From Octopus vulgaris (lineage: Eukaryota), in NCBI GenBank assembly GCA_951406725.2, contig OX597821.1, positions 65,534,001 through 65,598,000 of the forward strand: 64,000 nucleotides of DNA. Reading direction: 5' to 3'. Position 1 is the stretch's first letter; every line of letters starts with the position of its first letter. Positions 12,961 to 26,419 of this stretch are shown here, in pieces. Under the pieces are notes generated by a model that saw only the letters and a list, made by a program, of their open reading frames with translations, ran no database searches and was not told the origin of the DNA. The position numbers and the translations under genes are program-made.

Positions 12961-13439
12961 TTTATTTATTGCGTTTCTGCATTTATTTCTGAAATTCAAA
13001 CAGATCGATTCAGACCATAGATCAGAAGCTAGACGGCTCAAGCGCTGCAGTAATGGCGCCGATGTATAATTTGCGCCTATTAAAACATTCTGTATGCAAT
13101 TAAATAACATTGCTGTTTTTATGAAGGGAAATTACCAAGTTACGCATGAATGCTGCGTCTGTTGTACAGGAATATCTCTGCAGATAGCTTCTCTGAGTTT
13201 ACTAGACCTTTTGGGGACCCCTTTCTATATTTCTTCTATTCTTTTCATTTTTTTATTTTGTTTTTCACTTCATTTTCTGTTTGTTTTGTTTTTATGGAAT
13301 TGTTCTGATGAATTACAATAATAATTTCTGGACGAAAGCCAAAAACGAAGTGTTCCACTGTGTAAAGATACGTTGAATGAAATTTTAATCCAAAATTGTT
13401 ACTCATACCAGCTGTTAGAACATAGTGCTGCGTTAGCTA

Positions 13440-13995
13440 TTGGGTTGCCCGGAAAGTTCGTGCCGATTTTTAAAGGAAAGAAAAAGGTCAATAAATACTT
13501 GCCCTTACATTTTTAATCAACCAACTATGAACCATTTTGTTGCACAATGCGTCTCCATCTTTCTTTTAACTTGAAAATACCCTCTTCCCAGAATTCATGG
13601 CAAAGAGTTCATCAAGGTATCTTTTTACGTCATCCAAGGAATTGAAATTTTTACCATTAAGACTATTCTGCAGAGACCTGAAGAAGTGGAAATCCGAAGG
13701 AGCAATATCTAGGGAATATGGAGGGAGGGGTAACACATCGCAGCCGTTGTGCAGCAATTTTTGTCTGGTTCCCAAAGCATCAAGTGCCGAAAATTAGCTT
13801 TCTTATCTTCCATTTTAAAGGGTTACAGAATTAACACAGGTTATAGGAACATAAACCTTCTTCCACGAAAAGATAGCTTAACCTGTGCTCTAAATGGAGG
13901 TGCAGTCAAATCCTATTTTATGGACTCAACCATGTTCTAAAATATGTCGAAAGGTGAGCTATTATAAATCAGCACGAACTATCCGGACAACCCAA
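13440..13995 (-). mobile_element. Internally deleted mariner element (556 bp)
   Basis: TIRs ttgggttgcccggaaagttcgtgccgattt / aaatcagcacgaactatccggacaacccaa with TA on both sides. Retains transposase C-terminus PPYSLDIAPSDFHFF (YSPDLAPSD motif). Confidence 0.9.
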
Positions 13996-14589
13996 TATTT
14001 CCTGTGTGGTTGTTGTTCATGTTTGTAGTGAGTCCAAGGTCAGTCCTGATTGAGCAAAATTTGATCAAATTCATTCCAGACATGACACTCCTCTTCAACT
14101 TTTCTTATCCTCTTCCTTCTTCCTTCTCCTCAACAACTCTATATACGCTGCTGTTTATTATGTTCTTTCTGCTGTTCTTGCTCTCTTCTTCTTCTTCTTC
14201 TTCTTCTTCTTCTTCTTCTTCTTCTTCTTCTTCTTCTTCTTCTTCTTCTTCTTCTTCCAATTAGGACTCATACCATTAGCCACAAAGAATAATCTCTAAT
14301 TCGAGTCTACTCTAAGCTATTAAGAATGCGTGTGGCAACTTGAAGATCCACCCACCACATGCAATAGACTGGCGGTTGCACGAGCGCGAAAGCTACGTTG
14401 TTATTCTCATTCCGTAAACGGTGGCTTTTAACGGGTGGAGAGCTGAACCATTCTTGGGTACAGAGGATTCGAAATCTAGACTAGGGTCTGAAAGTTTACC
14501 ACACCATAGTGGGTTACACCATCGTTCCTCTGCTTTGTGGCAGAAGTAGGAAGAAGGAGTGAGAGAAAGTTGTGGTGAAAGAGTACAGC

Positions 14590-14955
14590 GAGGTTCAAAT
14601 TCCGCCGAGGTCGACTTTGCCTTTCATCTTTTCGAGGTCGATAAATTAAGAACCAGTTACATACTGGGGTCGATGTAATCGACTTAATCCCTTTGTCTGT
14701 CCTTGTTTGTCCCCTCTACGTTTAGCCCCTTGTGGGCAATAAAGAAATAGGAAACTGTAGAAACAGAATGTGCGTGTTTGTGCGTTGGTGTGTCTGTGTG
14801 TGTGTGCTTGTGTTTGTCTCTCACCACCGCATGACAACCGGTGTTGCTTAGTTTATATCTTCGTAACTTAGTCCCAGCAAAAGTTAACTGCAGAATAAAT
14901 ATCAGATTTTTCAGGAAATAATTACTGGGTTCGACTTGTTCAACAAAACCTTTCA
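14590..14955 (+). mobile_element. Family B SINE 3' part followed by a family A SINE fragment
   Basis: gttcaaattccgccgaggtcgactttgcctttcatc...gggcaataaagaaatagg, then tgtttgtctctcaccaccgcatgacaacc... Confidence 0.75.
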
Positions 14956-15362
14956 ATTCGTAACCAGGTAATTTTAACCTTTATATTCCCCACCTCTCTC
15001 TCTATTTCTCTGTCTACCTCCCTCTCTCACCCTCTCTCTCTCACTTTCTTTCCTTCTCTCTATGACTCTCTCCTTCTCTCTCCCTCTCCTCTTTGCCCTC
15101 TCTCTCCACTCTCCCTCTCTCTTTCTCTCCCCTCTTTCCTCTCTCCCTCTCTTTCTCTCTATCTCTTTCATTCCTTTTCTCTCTCCCCTTTTTCTTCCTC
15201 TCTCCCTTCCCTCTCACTCCCACTCTATTACTGAACAATTAACAATCTTTGATGAGCAAAAGAAATCATCCATTGTCTTTCAAACTGAAAACTATTTTCT
15301 TTCTGTAAAACTTGTTTAACTTCGTAGGAAAAAAATGTTTAATTCAGTGTAATATAGCTTAT

Positions 15363-15598
15363 ATAGGCGCAGGCGGGGTCCAAATAGGCGCAGGCGGGGT
15401 CCATATAGGCGCAGGTGTGACTGTATATGCGCAGGTGTGACCATGTAGGTGAAGGCGTGACAGTGTGGTAAGAAGCTTACTTACCATCCACATGGTTCCA
15501 GGTTCAGTCCCACTGCGTGGCACCTTGGGCAGGTGTCTTCTACTATAGCCTCAGGCTTAGTGGATTTGGTAGACGGAAACTAAAAAAGCCCGTCGTAC

Positions 15599-15649
<51 letters not shown>

Positions 15650-15657
15650 GTATATAC

Positions 15658-15688
<31 letters not shown>

Positions 15689-15918
15689 TGTATGTGTGTG
15701 TGTGAATTCGCGTGTTTGTGTTTGTCCCCCTACCATCGCTTGGCAACCGATGTTTGTGTATTTACATTTCTGTAACATAGCGGTTCGACAAAAAGATGGA
15801 ATAAGTACTAGGCTTACAAAGAATAAGTCCTAGTGTCGAATTTTTCGACTAAAGGCGGTGCTCCAGCACGACCGCATTGAGATGACTGAAACAAGTAAAA
15901 GAGTAAAAGAGTAAAAGA
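15363..15918 (+). mobile_element. Family A SINE with a tandemly reiterated 5' end
   Basis: About five imperfect 20-21 nt repeats of ataggcgcagg... precede the A box; the tail ends in (gtaaaaga)n. Confidence 0.88.
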
Positions 15919-16069
15919 AAAGAACATATTTGTCTTGTGTTATGCCATGCTGACGATTAAAAAAAAAAAAGCCTGAAAAAATGCTATACATGACTGCCAA
16001 CGAGTAGAAATTTTAAGAACTTACAACTTGTAGAAAAAGAAATACTCAATACTAATACGACATATATCA

Positions 16070-17527
16070 TAAGCTTTGCGACCTTGGCATTGCTGGTAAA
16101 CTGGGAGCGTTGCTGCATGACTACTTTAAAGACAGAAGTCAGGTAGTTGCAGCTAATGGTGCACTTTCTGAAGAAACTCAAATCCTAAGTGGCATCCTTC
16201 AGGGAACTGTTCTGGTGCCATTAGTGTTCATAATAGCCCCCTTAGATATGCCCACGGTCACTTGAATAGTCACTGTCACTAGCTATGCCGATGATACAAA
16301 ATTACCACAGGCAATAAATAACGAAGACGAAGTCGCAAGCTTACAGCGGGACCTGAATTCGATACACAAGTGGGCCAAAATAAACAATATGTAATCTAAT
16401 GCTGGGGAATTTCAAGCACTGCACTACAAATTCATGAATGCACTACAGCCTGCATATACAGGACCCGAAGGCACCACAAACCTAAAGTCACAGGCAGTGA
16501 AAGACTTGGGTATCAGTATGTGCAATGTCACATGATTTTATGTACACATTACCAAGATGGCAGCAAAGTGCAGACAACTGGTAGGATGGATACTGAGGTC
16601 CTTCGAGGCATGAGACCAAGTAACTTTGTTGACTCTGTGAAGAACTTTTGTTCTCAGGTCGTCTGGACTACTGCTCTCTGTTATGGTTACCAGATGGCCG
16701 AGCTGGCAGAATCGTTAGCACGCCGGGCGAAATGCGTAGCCGTATTTCGTCTGTCGTTACGTTGTGAGTTCAAATTCCGCCGAGGTGGACTTTGCCTTTC
16801 ATCCTTAAGGGGTCGATAAATTAAGTACCAGTTACGCACTGGGGTCGATGTAATCGACTTAATACCTATGTCTGTCCTTGTTTGTCCCCTCTGTGTTTAG
16901 CCCCTTGTGGGTAATAAATAAATAGGTTACCAGATGGCCGAGCTTGAAGCAGTCCAACGCCACTACACTAAAGAGATTGAAAGCGTGCAACGGATGAGCT
17001 ACAGGGATAGGCTGAGAAAACTGCAACTTTATTTCTTGGAGTGAAGGCATGAGAGATATGCAATAATCTACATATGGAAAACTCTAGAACGGCTAGTACC
17101 TAATTTCGGCATTGAGGGTTAAACAAATGCCAGAACTGACCGCCATTGTATTGTTCCAGAGGCACCATCCATTCCATCTAGATCGAAGACAAAATACTGC
17201 AATAGACTAGGGTTCAAAGGCCCACAGTCGTTCAATGCCCTGACACAAAAATTAAGAAATCTGCATAAGGTGGAAGTAGATGTCTTCAAAAGGAAATAGA
17301 CATCCTCCTCTCCACAATACCAGATGACAATACAACCTAACATGAGGCACAGGCGAGGAGGCGAGGGCAACGGAATTAAACTCCCTTATACACCAAATGG
17401 GACAGCAGCTGGGACAGAGGAACACACAGGAGTGGTGATGTGAAACAATCTAGACTGAAGAATTCAGAAGGCCCACTGTGGTGCTCCAGCATGACCGCAG
17501 CCGTAAAAAGGCAAAGGATTAAAAGAG
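16070..17527 (+). pseudogene. Degraded CR1-group LINE RT and 3' UTR
   Basis: Colinear with 50851-52662 (SGILQGTVL, SYADDTK, LVPNFGIE) but has stops and frameshifts; same 3' tail; interrupted by a SINE. Confidence 0.85.
16705..16924 (+). mobile_element. Family B SINE (tRNA head + Deu/Nin-like domain) with a 20-bp target-site duplication
   Basis: ggttaccagatggccgagct at 16685-16704 and 16925-16944; B box GAGTTCAAATTCC; gcctttcatcct..ggggtcgataaa..agtacc resembles the Deu/Nin SINE domain. Confidence 0.9.
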
Positions 17528-17726
17528 AATATATATTGTACAGCTTCTTTAGGCCCGCTTCCACTTAGATCATCTAGAACGGTTTGTCTTTTCCATGATA
17601 GAAGAACACTAAGGACACACCACGCGTTTAAATAATGGAATAAAAGATGGCTTGATGGCAGGAATGTGTTCGGTATCGATCTACTCTACCAGATCTTACC
17701 TAGAGGTAAACTGTAACATTAATTAT

Positions 17727-18101
17727 ACTCTCTTTACTCTTTACTCTTTACACCGTCTTTAGTCGAGCAAATCGACCTTAGGACTTATTCATTATAAGCC
17801 TAGTACTTATTCTATCGTTCTCTATTGCGGAACCACTAAGTTACGGGGACGCAAACACACCACCATCGGTTGTCAGGCGATGTTGGGGGTGGGACAAACA
17901 CAGACACACAAACATATACACACACATATATTATACATATATACGACGGGCTTCTTTCAGTTTCTGTCTACCAAATCCACTCACAAGGCCTTGGTTGGCC
18001 GGAGGCTATAGTACAGAAAACTCTTGTCCAAGGTGCCACGCAGTGGGAACGAACCCAGAACCATGTGGTTCGTAAGCAAGCTACTTACCACACAGCCACT
18101 C
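17727..18101 (-). mobile_element. Family A SINE
   Basis: Same motifs as 1573-1996. Confidence 0.88.
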
Positions 18102-18520
18102 GATTGTTAATCTATAACCGTCATCAATTTTTGTTGTTGTGGCTATTGTTGTTGTTGTTGTTGATGTTGTTGTTTACCTGCCATTATACAGTTTGGGCAG
18201 TGAGGTGCTGTATAAAAAAATATTGTAGGTTCGATCTCAGTATCTGACAGTTACTAGTTTGATAAACTCAGGAAGGATCGACAACACCGTCGACCAGAAA
18301 GCTGATATGAACTGAAACCGATAAACGATGACGTCGAAACATGTCGTAGGGTATGGGGGGGGGGGAGAAAAAGAAGAAATAGAAGTAGAAAAAAGAAGAA
18401 GGAGGAGGATGAAAAGAAACATCTTTGAGAGTAACAAAATAACGTATAAAAATATAACTTCATCAATCAAATTCTATATAGTAGCCAATACATACATACA
18501 TACATACATACATACATACA

Positions 18521-18554
<34 letters not shown>

Positions 18555-18570
18555 CATATACATACATGCG

Positions 18571-18626
<56 letters not shown>

Positions 18627-19340
18627 CGTACATACATATATCATCATCATAATCCTCTTCATCATCGTTTAACGTCCACCTTCCATACTAGCATTAGAGA
18701 GAGAGAGAAAGAGAGATGATACATACATACATACATACATGAATGCATACATACATACATACATACATACATACATACACGCACACATACATACATACAT
18801 ACATACATACATACATACATACATACATACATACATACATACATACATTTGTGTGTCTGTGTGTATACATGCAAGCATATAAACATATACGTGTGGGTGT
18901 AACGGTATTCTCTCACATAAATATACTATACCCCCATACGCCTGTATTAATTACTTAAAAGGAAAACACAAGTAGATTAGATTGTTAGTTAATTAAACGG
19001 TAAGGTAATTAATCAGCGTTACATGGAGCCTTTCTTTAATTACTGGCAACTCCACTGATTAATATGTAATTCAATGCAGGAGTGTTAGAGGTCTCAGTTG
19101 GCTCTAACAATATTCATCACTATCAAAACTGGTGTGATTTATGACAAACAATTAAAAGTATCAAATAATGACATAACAATTAAATATATGAAATTTAAAA
19201 CGGGTAGCTTTAATAAAAACAGAATACGCCATTTGAGAAATGCGAATGATGTTTTATGCAAATAGCACCCTGTTGAGAAAGGGTTAGATTATATTAAAGA
19301 ATAAGGTATAGAGAGTGTTAATGTACACAGTTAGATAGAT

Positions 19341-19453
<113 letters not shown>

Positions 19454-19560
19454 CAGATTGATGGTTGGATGAATAGATAGATAGACATGGAGATAGACAG
19501 ATAGATAGGCATGGAGATTGATATATATATAGATAGACAGATAGACAGATAGATAGATAA

Positions 19561-19624
<64 letters not shown>

Positions 19625-19648
19625 CCAAACAGATAGGGAGATAGACAG

Positions 19649-19679
<31 letters not shown>

Positions 19680-19747
19680 TGTATGTAGGTAGGTAGGTAG
19701 GTAGGTAGGTAGATATGTAAGTAGGTAGGTAGGTAGGTAAATAAATA

Positions 19748-21008
19748 TTAGGTTTTCAAGACAGTTCTTGTAATTTTTAACCTTTAAATTCAGATGCACA
19801 TATCTTGGCTCAAACAAAACTTTATTAACCGAAATAAATATGGTCAGAATCAACACACTTTTGCCGACGTTAAACAAATTTATAATGCCAGTAGCGTAAA
19901 AATCTTGCGTTCTGGTGGCGATGAAGTCGTTGAAGGCGTGTTTGGGATCGTCTTGGTTTTTGAAGCTTTTCTCACGCAGGAAGTTGTCGAGATACTTGAA
20001 AAAGTGGTATCGGTAGGCGAGAGCTCTGCTGAGTATGGCGGATGAGGCAGTGTCATAGCCCAATTCGTTCAACTTCTGCAGGGTCAGTTGTGCGACGAGC
20101 GGCCGAGCGTTGTCGTGGAGAAGAATTGGTCCTTTTCTATTGACCATGCTGGGTGTTGTTGTCGGATTTTTTTATGCATTTCACCCATTTGCTGACAGTA
20201 CTTCACCGCCGTAATGGTTTCGCCTGGATCCAAAAAGCTGCGATGGAAGAGACCGGCCGCACACCACCAAACAGTCACCATGACCTTCTTTTGGTGCAAC
20301 TTTGGCTTCGGGAAGTGACGTGGAGCTTCATCGGCACCCAACCACTGAGCTGAGCGTCGCTGGTTGTCGTAAAGAATCCACTTTTCATCGCAAGTCCCAA
20401 TCCGATCGAGAAACGGGTCGTTCTTGTTGCGTAAAAAAAGGGAAGAATTCACTTAAAAACGGCGGTTTGGGGGAAGGGTCGTTCAATTTGTGCGGTACCC
20501 ATTTCTCAAGTAGTTTTGTTTTTTCCAATCTCTTTCAAGTGGTTGGAAATTGTATACGTTACCCCTAATTCAGAAGCAAGCTCTCGGACATTTGTGCTTG
20601 GATTGGCTTCGACTAAGATTCATCCGATAGCCGACCACTACACTTATCATCTTCAAGACTCTCGTCAACGCTACGAAATTTCTCGAACCACCATTGTGCT
20701 GTAAGTTCATCAGTGGTTCCTGGGCCAAAGGCATCCTTGATATTGCAATCTGTTTCAGCAGCTTTTCGGCCTAGCTTGAACTGGAATAAGAAAATTGTGC
20801 AAATTTGCTTTTTGTCCATGTTGTATTCAACGTTCCGAAAAAAATGACCTAATTATTCAAAAAGAAAATGAGTAATACGATTAGATAGAGCAAAACACGG
20901 GCTTTAAAATGATGTATAAAGTCAAAGTAATTTAACGAAAATTAATTTGAAAATACATCATTTAAAACCAAAATTTAAAATTCCGCCAGAACTTTCTTGA
21001 CAACCTAA
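19748..21008 (-). mobile_element. Near full-length mariner (about 1.26 kb) with a frameshifted transposase pseudogene
   Basis: TIRs ttaggttttcaagacagttct / agaactttcttgacaacctaa with TA flanks. Fragments MDKKQI..(start 20819), [15 protein letters not shown] and YHFFKYL lie in different frames. Confidence 0.93.
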
Positions 21009-21241
21009 TAGATCGGCAGACAGTTCTTGTTGGTTTTGAATTGTCATCGGCGCTTTTGTACCTTTGCTATTTTTCTAGGAAGAAGAGATGCTCTATGTTA
21101 GTCTGGCCCCTGGCCTTTGTATTGCCTGCTGTGGAAAGCCCTACTGGGATATTGCGGTTGGCTGACTTACCTGTCAGGGTCAGAGGCACACAAACCATCA
21201 TATCTCAGCAAGGACTGGACCTCGTGATGGACGTACGTATA

Positions 21242-22127
21242 GACGGTCTGATCAATAAGTATACGGACTGTTGCTATAGTAATGAAGCTAAAACGGGCAG
21301 AGTAAGGCCGCTTGGCACAGATTAACCTCAAACTTTGCTGTGCATGCGAACTAAGTTTTAACGTTCTAGCTCACATCCGCTGTTTACAACAGTGCTTGGA
21401 AGTAACGTGTGTAATGTGTGATCGTAGCATTGACCAAGACAGAAAAAGTTGTCATGGCGATACCTACTCAGAGGCCTTTGCAAAGTTGCAGAATGTGTAT
21501 GGAGAGGAGTGTATGAGCCGCACACAAGTGTACGAGTGGTTCAGACGTTTCCAAGATGTTGATAGTGACGAACGTTCTGGGAGACCCGCAACCAGCAGAA
21601 CTGAGCAAAACATCGCAGATGTGCATGCAGCTATGAGGGGGAAATTATTGAATCACCAGCCTTGAGATATCAGAGGATTTGCAGATTAGTTGCGGTACAG
21701 TTCTGTCCGTTATCACTGAAGTTTTGAGTATGAGATGCGCGTATCTGCCAAGTTTGTGCCAAAACTGCTTTGAGGTGACCAAGAAGACACTCGGGTTTCA
21801 GTTGTACAAGGTCTCCTCGATTGTGTCGAGAACGAGGGAAACTTTTTGAAAACTTTGCGTAGGTCTTTGAGCAGTTATCGCCAAGCTTTTGGCAAAATTT
21901 GATGCAGATTCTCTGCTGGACTTTCTCGGTCATGAACAATGCAACGAATACAAGCTACACACCTTCCTTCAAAGCACTCCTGTAAACATGGGAAGTGAGC
22001 TAGAACGTTAAAACTTAGTGTGCATACACAGCAGAATTTGAGGTTCTATCTGTGCTAAGCAGCTTTACTCTGCATACTTTAGCTTCGTTACTATGGCAAC
22101 AGTCCGATACTTATTGATCAGACCACT
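21242..22127. mobile_element. Fold-back non-autonomous mariner made of two inverted left ends
   Basis: Imperfect inverted arms of about 200 bp starting ggtctgatcaataagtat / atacttattgatcagacc. Transposase N-terminal peptides occur on both strands (YGEECMSRTQVYEWF..RSGRP on +, QRICIKFCQKLG on -). Confidence 0.85.
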
Positions 22128-22429
22128 TATACACGCATATTTTACCTTTTAATCTGAAAGAAGTGTTTGTGTCCATGAACATGTACAAGGCTCCCGCAGC
22201 TATTGGGAGTAGGGAGAGTGGGGGTAGTGACCCTACCAAACATGAGATCTGGCCTGATTACTTAAATCAAATTATACTGAGGTAAACGTACCCAGCTATC
22301 ACAGATTCTAACTTCTGTTGTGGTGTTGTGGTTTGTGTGTTTCAATGACCCTGAGAACTCTGTCAGTGGAGGCCATGCCCCTGGTATGTCCCTCCATGTT
22401 AGACAGGTCAAAAGATAGAGGCCAGACTA

Positions 22430-22880
22430 ACTGGCACTCCGTTGGTTACGCCGACGTCGGTTCCAGTGGATCTGATCAACAGAACAACCGGCTCTTAAAA
22501 TTAGCAAGCAGGTGCTGGGTACAACACACATACACGCATACCGCTAACATAGTTGTCAAGGAGATTCAGTGTAACACAGAATATGACAAGTCCGGTCCTT
22601 TGAAAAAACAGGTACTCCTCATTTATGCCAGCTGAGTGCACTGGAACAGTATGGGATAAAGTATCTTGTTGAAGAACGCAACACAGCGCCAGGAATCGAA
22701 TTCACGTTGTTAGGGTATTCGGATCACACTCGTTTCACTGGTACTTAATTTATTGATCCCCCCGAAAAGATGAAAAGCAAAGACGACCTCGGCGGAATTC
22801 GAACTCGAACGTAGCGGCAAACGAAATACAACTAAGCATTTTTTGCCAAACGTGCTAACGATTCTGCCAGTTGCCGCCTT
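22430..22880 (-). mobile_element. Family D SINE fragment (about 22430-22705) and family B SINE (about 22735-22880)
   Basis: gccagctgagtgcactggaac...ggaatcgaattcac and gacctcggcggaattcgaactc...cgattctgccagttgccgcc. Confidence 0.75.
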
Positions 22881-23068
22881 GTGAGGCCTTCTCTCCGATA
22901 CGTTGATAATCTTGGCAGGTCGTCGATGAGTGTCAGCTAGTTCTAATATGTTTTGTATTTACATACACACATTCACGCAAACACACATGCACACACATAC
23001 ATACGCACAAATAAGTTTTTTTAATATAAACACAAGCTTTAATGCATAAGAACGCACATACACATATA

Positions 23069-23934
23069 GATCTACTACAAATGTGAAAATGCTGTCTGTG
23101 GGTGTGTTTGTGGAGTCGTTAGCTAAATCCTCCTACATTGTTTTATCGATTTTGATGAAACTTGGCACGTGAGTAGAACTCATGTCTCAAAAAATTGATA
23201 ATAGGGCCCCTGGAACAGATCCTTGTATATATATCTAATATATTTCATTTTATCAGCCAAGGGAGATAACCCATTCACTTAAGAGCCAAGTGAAATAACC
23301 CGTTCATTTTCCCAAATCATTTGATATAAATCAAATTGAGCATGCTTATTTCTTAGTATTTGTAATGTTACTTATTTTCGCAATTTATCCAATACAACCT
23401 TTAAACAAGTAAATAGTATTTTTCTAAACAATAGATGCACTTATCTCGGTTAGTGACTTATTCACGAATATACCAACACTAGCGCCGCTGATGATAATAT
23501 TCTCTGAGAACGCACAAAAGACCTTTTCAGAGTTATTTTCTTTGAATTGCTATTATCTCATTTCTGTTTAGCCTGTTATTACGTAACATACTTCACGATT
23601 TTAGTATACATACCTTATTAGTAATTCCTCCTAAGTCCTATACACTCTTGGAACGCATTAAAGCCCTTTTCGGGACTACTTTATTTGAATTCTTACTATC
23701 GGATAGCTAATTTCATATTATTACATAACTGACTTCACCATTTGGGTATTCATAAGTTATTGGGAATTCTTGAAAGCAAAATCCTGTGTAAGACAGTTTG
23801 GTGCTCTCTGTAAATGCACAAAAAAACCGTTTTAAGGGCTACATACTATGTATTGTAATTACTGGAATAGCGAAACAATTATGAACCAAGGAATAAGCCC
23901 CGCTTTCCCGGGAATTACCGGGTGCATCAGTTAG
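23069..23934 (+). mobile_element. Non-autonomous Helitron-like element (old)
   Basis: 5' tctactacaaatgtgaaaatgctgtctgtg; 3' GC hairpin cccgggaattaccggg followed about 8 nt later by TTAG (a CTAG variant). Confidence 0.55.
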
Positions 23935-24085
23935 AATACATATAAATATATAGATACCCACACACAAACACATATATAGACATGACTATCAGACAGACAG
24001 ATTTATAGACAGACAGACAAGCGGACGGACGAGCAGACAGACAGATAGACAGAAAGATAGATAGAAAGACTGACAGGCAGTTAGG

Positions 24086-24138
<53 letters not shown>

Positions 24139-24365
24139 TCTTTTACTTGTCTGAGTCATTGGACTACAGCCAGGCTGGGGCACAACCATGATGAGTTTAG
24201 TCGACCAAATCATAGCAAGTGCTTATTTTTAATCCTGCCACAAATTCCGTTGATACTTTTCTCTACTTGTTGAGCCGCAGCATTAGACAAAGTAGCCAAC
24301 ACTTGTTACTACACTCTAAGTGACAACCACCATACACACAAACGCATATATATATATATGTGAGA

Positions 24366-24417
<52 letters not shown>

Positions 24418-24561
24418 GTATATATGTATATGCATATATATACATACATAACACGGTTTCCATCAGAAGATGTAAGAAAACCAGACGTAAAGTAATGAAA
24501 ATCATACTTTAACTGTAGAGTGTAATATTTCTATTTTGATCTACATGTATAAATATGTATG

Positions 24562-24602
<41 letters not shown>

Positions 24603-24689
24603 GACAATGATCGATGGATAGATAGATAGATACATAGATAGATACATAGATAGATAGATTGATAGGTAGATACATAGATAGATAGATAA

Positions 24690-24768
<79 letters not shown>

Positions 24769-25103
24769 TGCATAGCCTGAGGTGATTACAATGTTTCAGA
24801 TCTCACGACTTCACTCAGGGGCAGATTCAGCAGACATATTGACAGATAAAAAATATAATTAAAATTTTCTCGGTATGTCTGGAGAATTTGTCTCTGGGGA
24901 GAATCGTGAAATTTGAACCGTTGCTACAGCCATAGGACATGTAGTATGCACGTACGCATATACGTACACACACACACACACACACACACACCGACAGATT
25001 TATGCACATGTTTGTTTACATGTACACATATACTTACATAAATGTACTTACGTATACTTAGGTGTAATGTGTGGTGTTGTATGCTCGCGTATACATACAT
25101 GTA

Positions 25104-25145
<42 letters not shown>

Positions 25146-26220
25146 TATCTCTATCTACTATTTAGCTATAATTATTTCTCTCTCACCGTTTTCTCTCTCT
25201 CTGTAGATATGTGTGTGGTGTATGTATGCATGAATGTATGTATATATATATATAACATATAATATATATATGCATATATAATATATATATATGCATAATG
25301 TATATTATATATAATATGATATAATATAATATAATATAATATAATATAATATAATATAATATAATATAATATAATATATACATACACACATTCACATAAA
25401 TACATAGCAAACAGACTTAAGTACGTATGTATGTATGTGCGTATATATACATACATACATACATCATACATACATACACATGCATACATACATACATGCA
25501 TACATGCATACATACATGCATACATACATGTTATTGATTGAAATGCTACAACGCAATAGTAGTATGTAATTCATCGTACTAAAAATGATTCATCGGCTTC
25601 TATCGTCTCTAAAATAGAAGTATTTTAACATTAAACAATGATCTTACGTAATTAACAGGGCTACTTCACTATTATGACAAATTAATCAAAATTTCGAACG
25701 ATTTATTAATTATCTAAAAGTGTTTCCTTTCAACGTATAAACACGTTCAAGACTTATTCTGGTCAAGCAGAGTATGTATGATCAGAAGCTTTCCAACTCT
25801 GACCTTCCCGCATTTTTCGTCTTAATGGAGTACTCTTTTGAACAATCTGCTCTTTGGTTGTATAGATAGTGTATGATTTGCGGTCGATTTGGTTGTTATT
25901 TCTAGGCTGTTCATGAGTCGTACATAAGATTCCAACGATGGTTAGTTATGTAATTATTATCAGGATAATGCAGTGTTTAGTACTCTTTACTCTTTTACTT
26001 GTTTCAGTTATTTGACTCCAGCCATGCTTGAGCACCGCTTGAGCAAATCGCCCCCAGGACCTATTCATTGTAAGCCTAGTACTTATTCAATCGGTTCTTT
26101 TGCCGAACCGCTAAGTTACGGTGACGTAAACATACCAGCATCGGTTGTTCAGCGGTGTTTGTGGGGGACAAACACAGACACACAAACATACACATATATA
26201 CATACATACATACATACATA

Positions 26221-26280
<60 letters not shown>

Positions 26281-26419
26281 TGTATATATATATATACAGA
26301 TATATGACGGGCATCTTTCAGTTTACGTCTACCAAATCCACTCACAAGGCTTTGGTCGGCCCAAGGTGCTAGGCGGTGGGACTGAAACTAGAACCATGTG
26401 GTTGGTACGCAATCTACTT

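Noticed and set aside
18320-18348. GATGA-cgtc-GAAACATGTC minimal hammerhead-like string
   Set aside because: It lacks C3/U4; not counted.
22315-22432. Resemblance to an RTE-clade 5' UTR, which can hold an HDV-like ribozyme
   Set aside because: Too degenerate to build the HDV fold by eye, and no RTE ORF follows.
24780-24822. Minus-strand CTGAGTGA..GAAACATTGTA
   Set aside because: Extra core base and no stem I.
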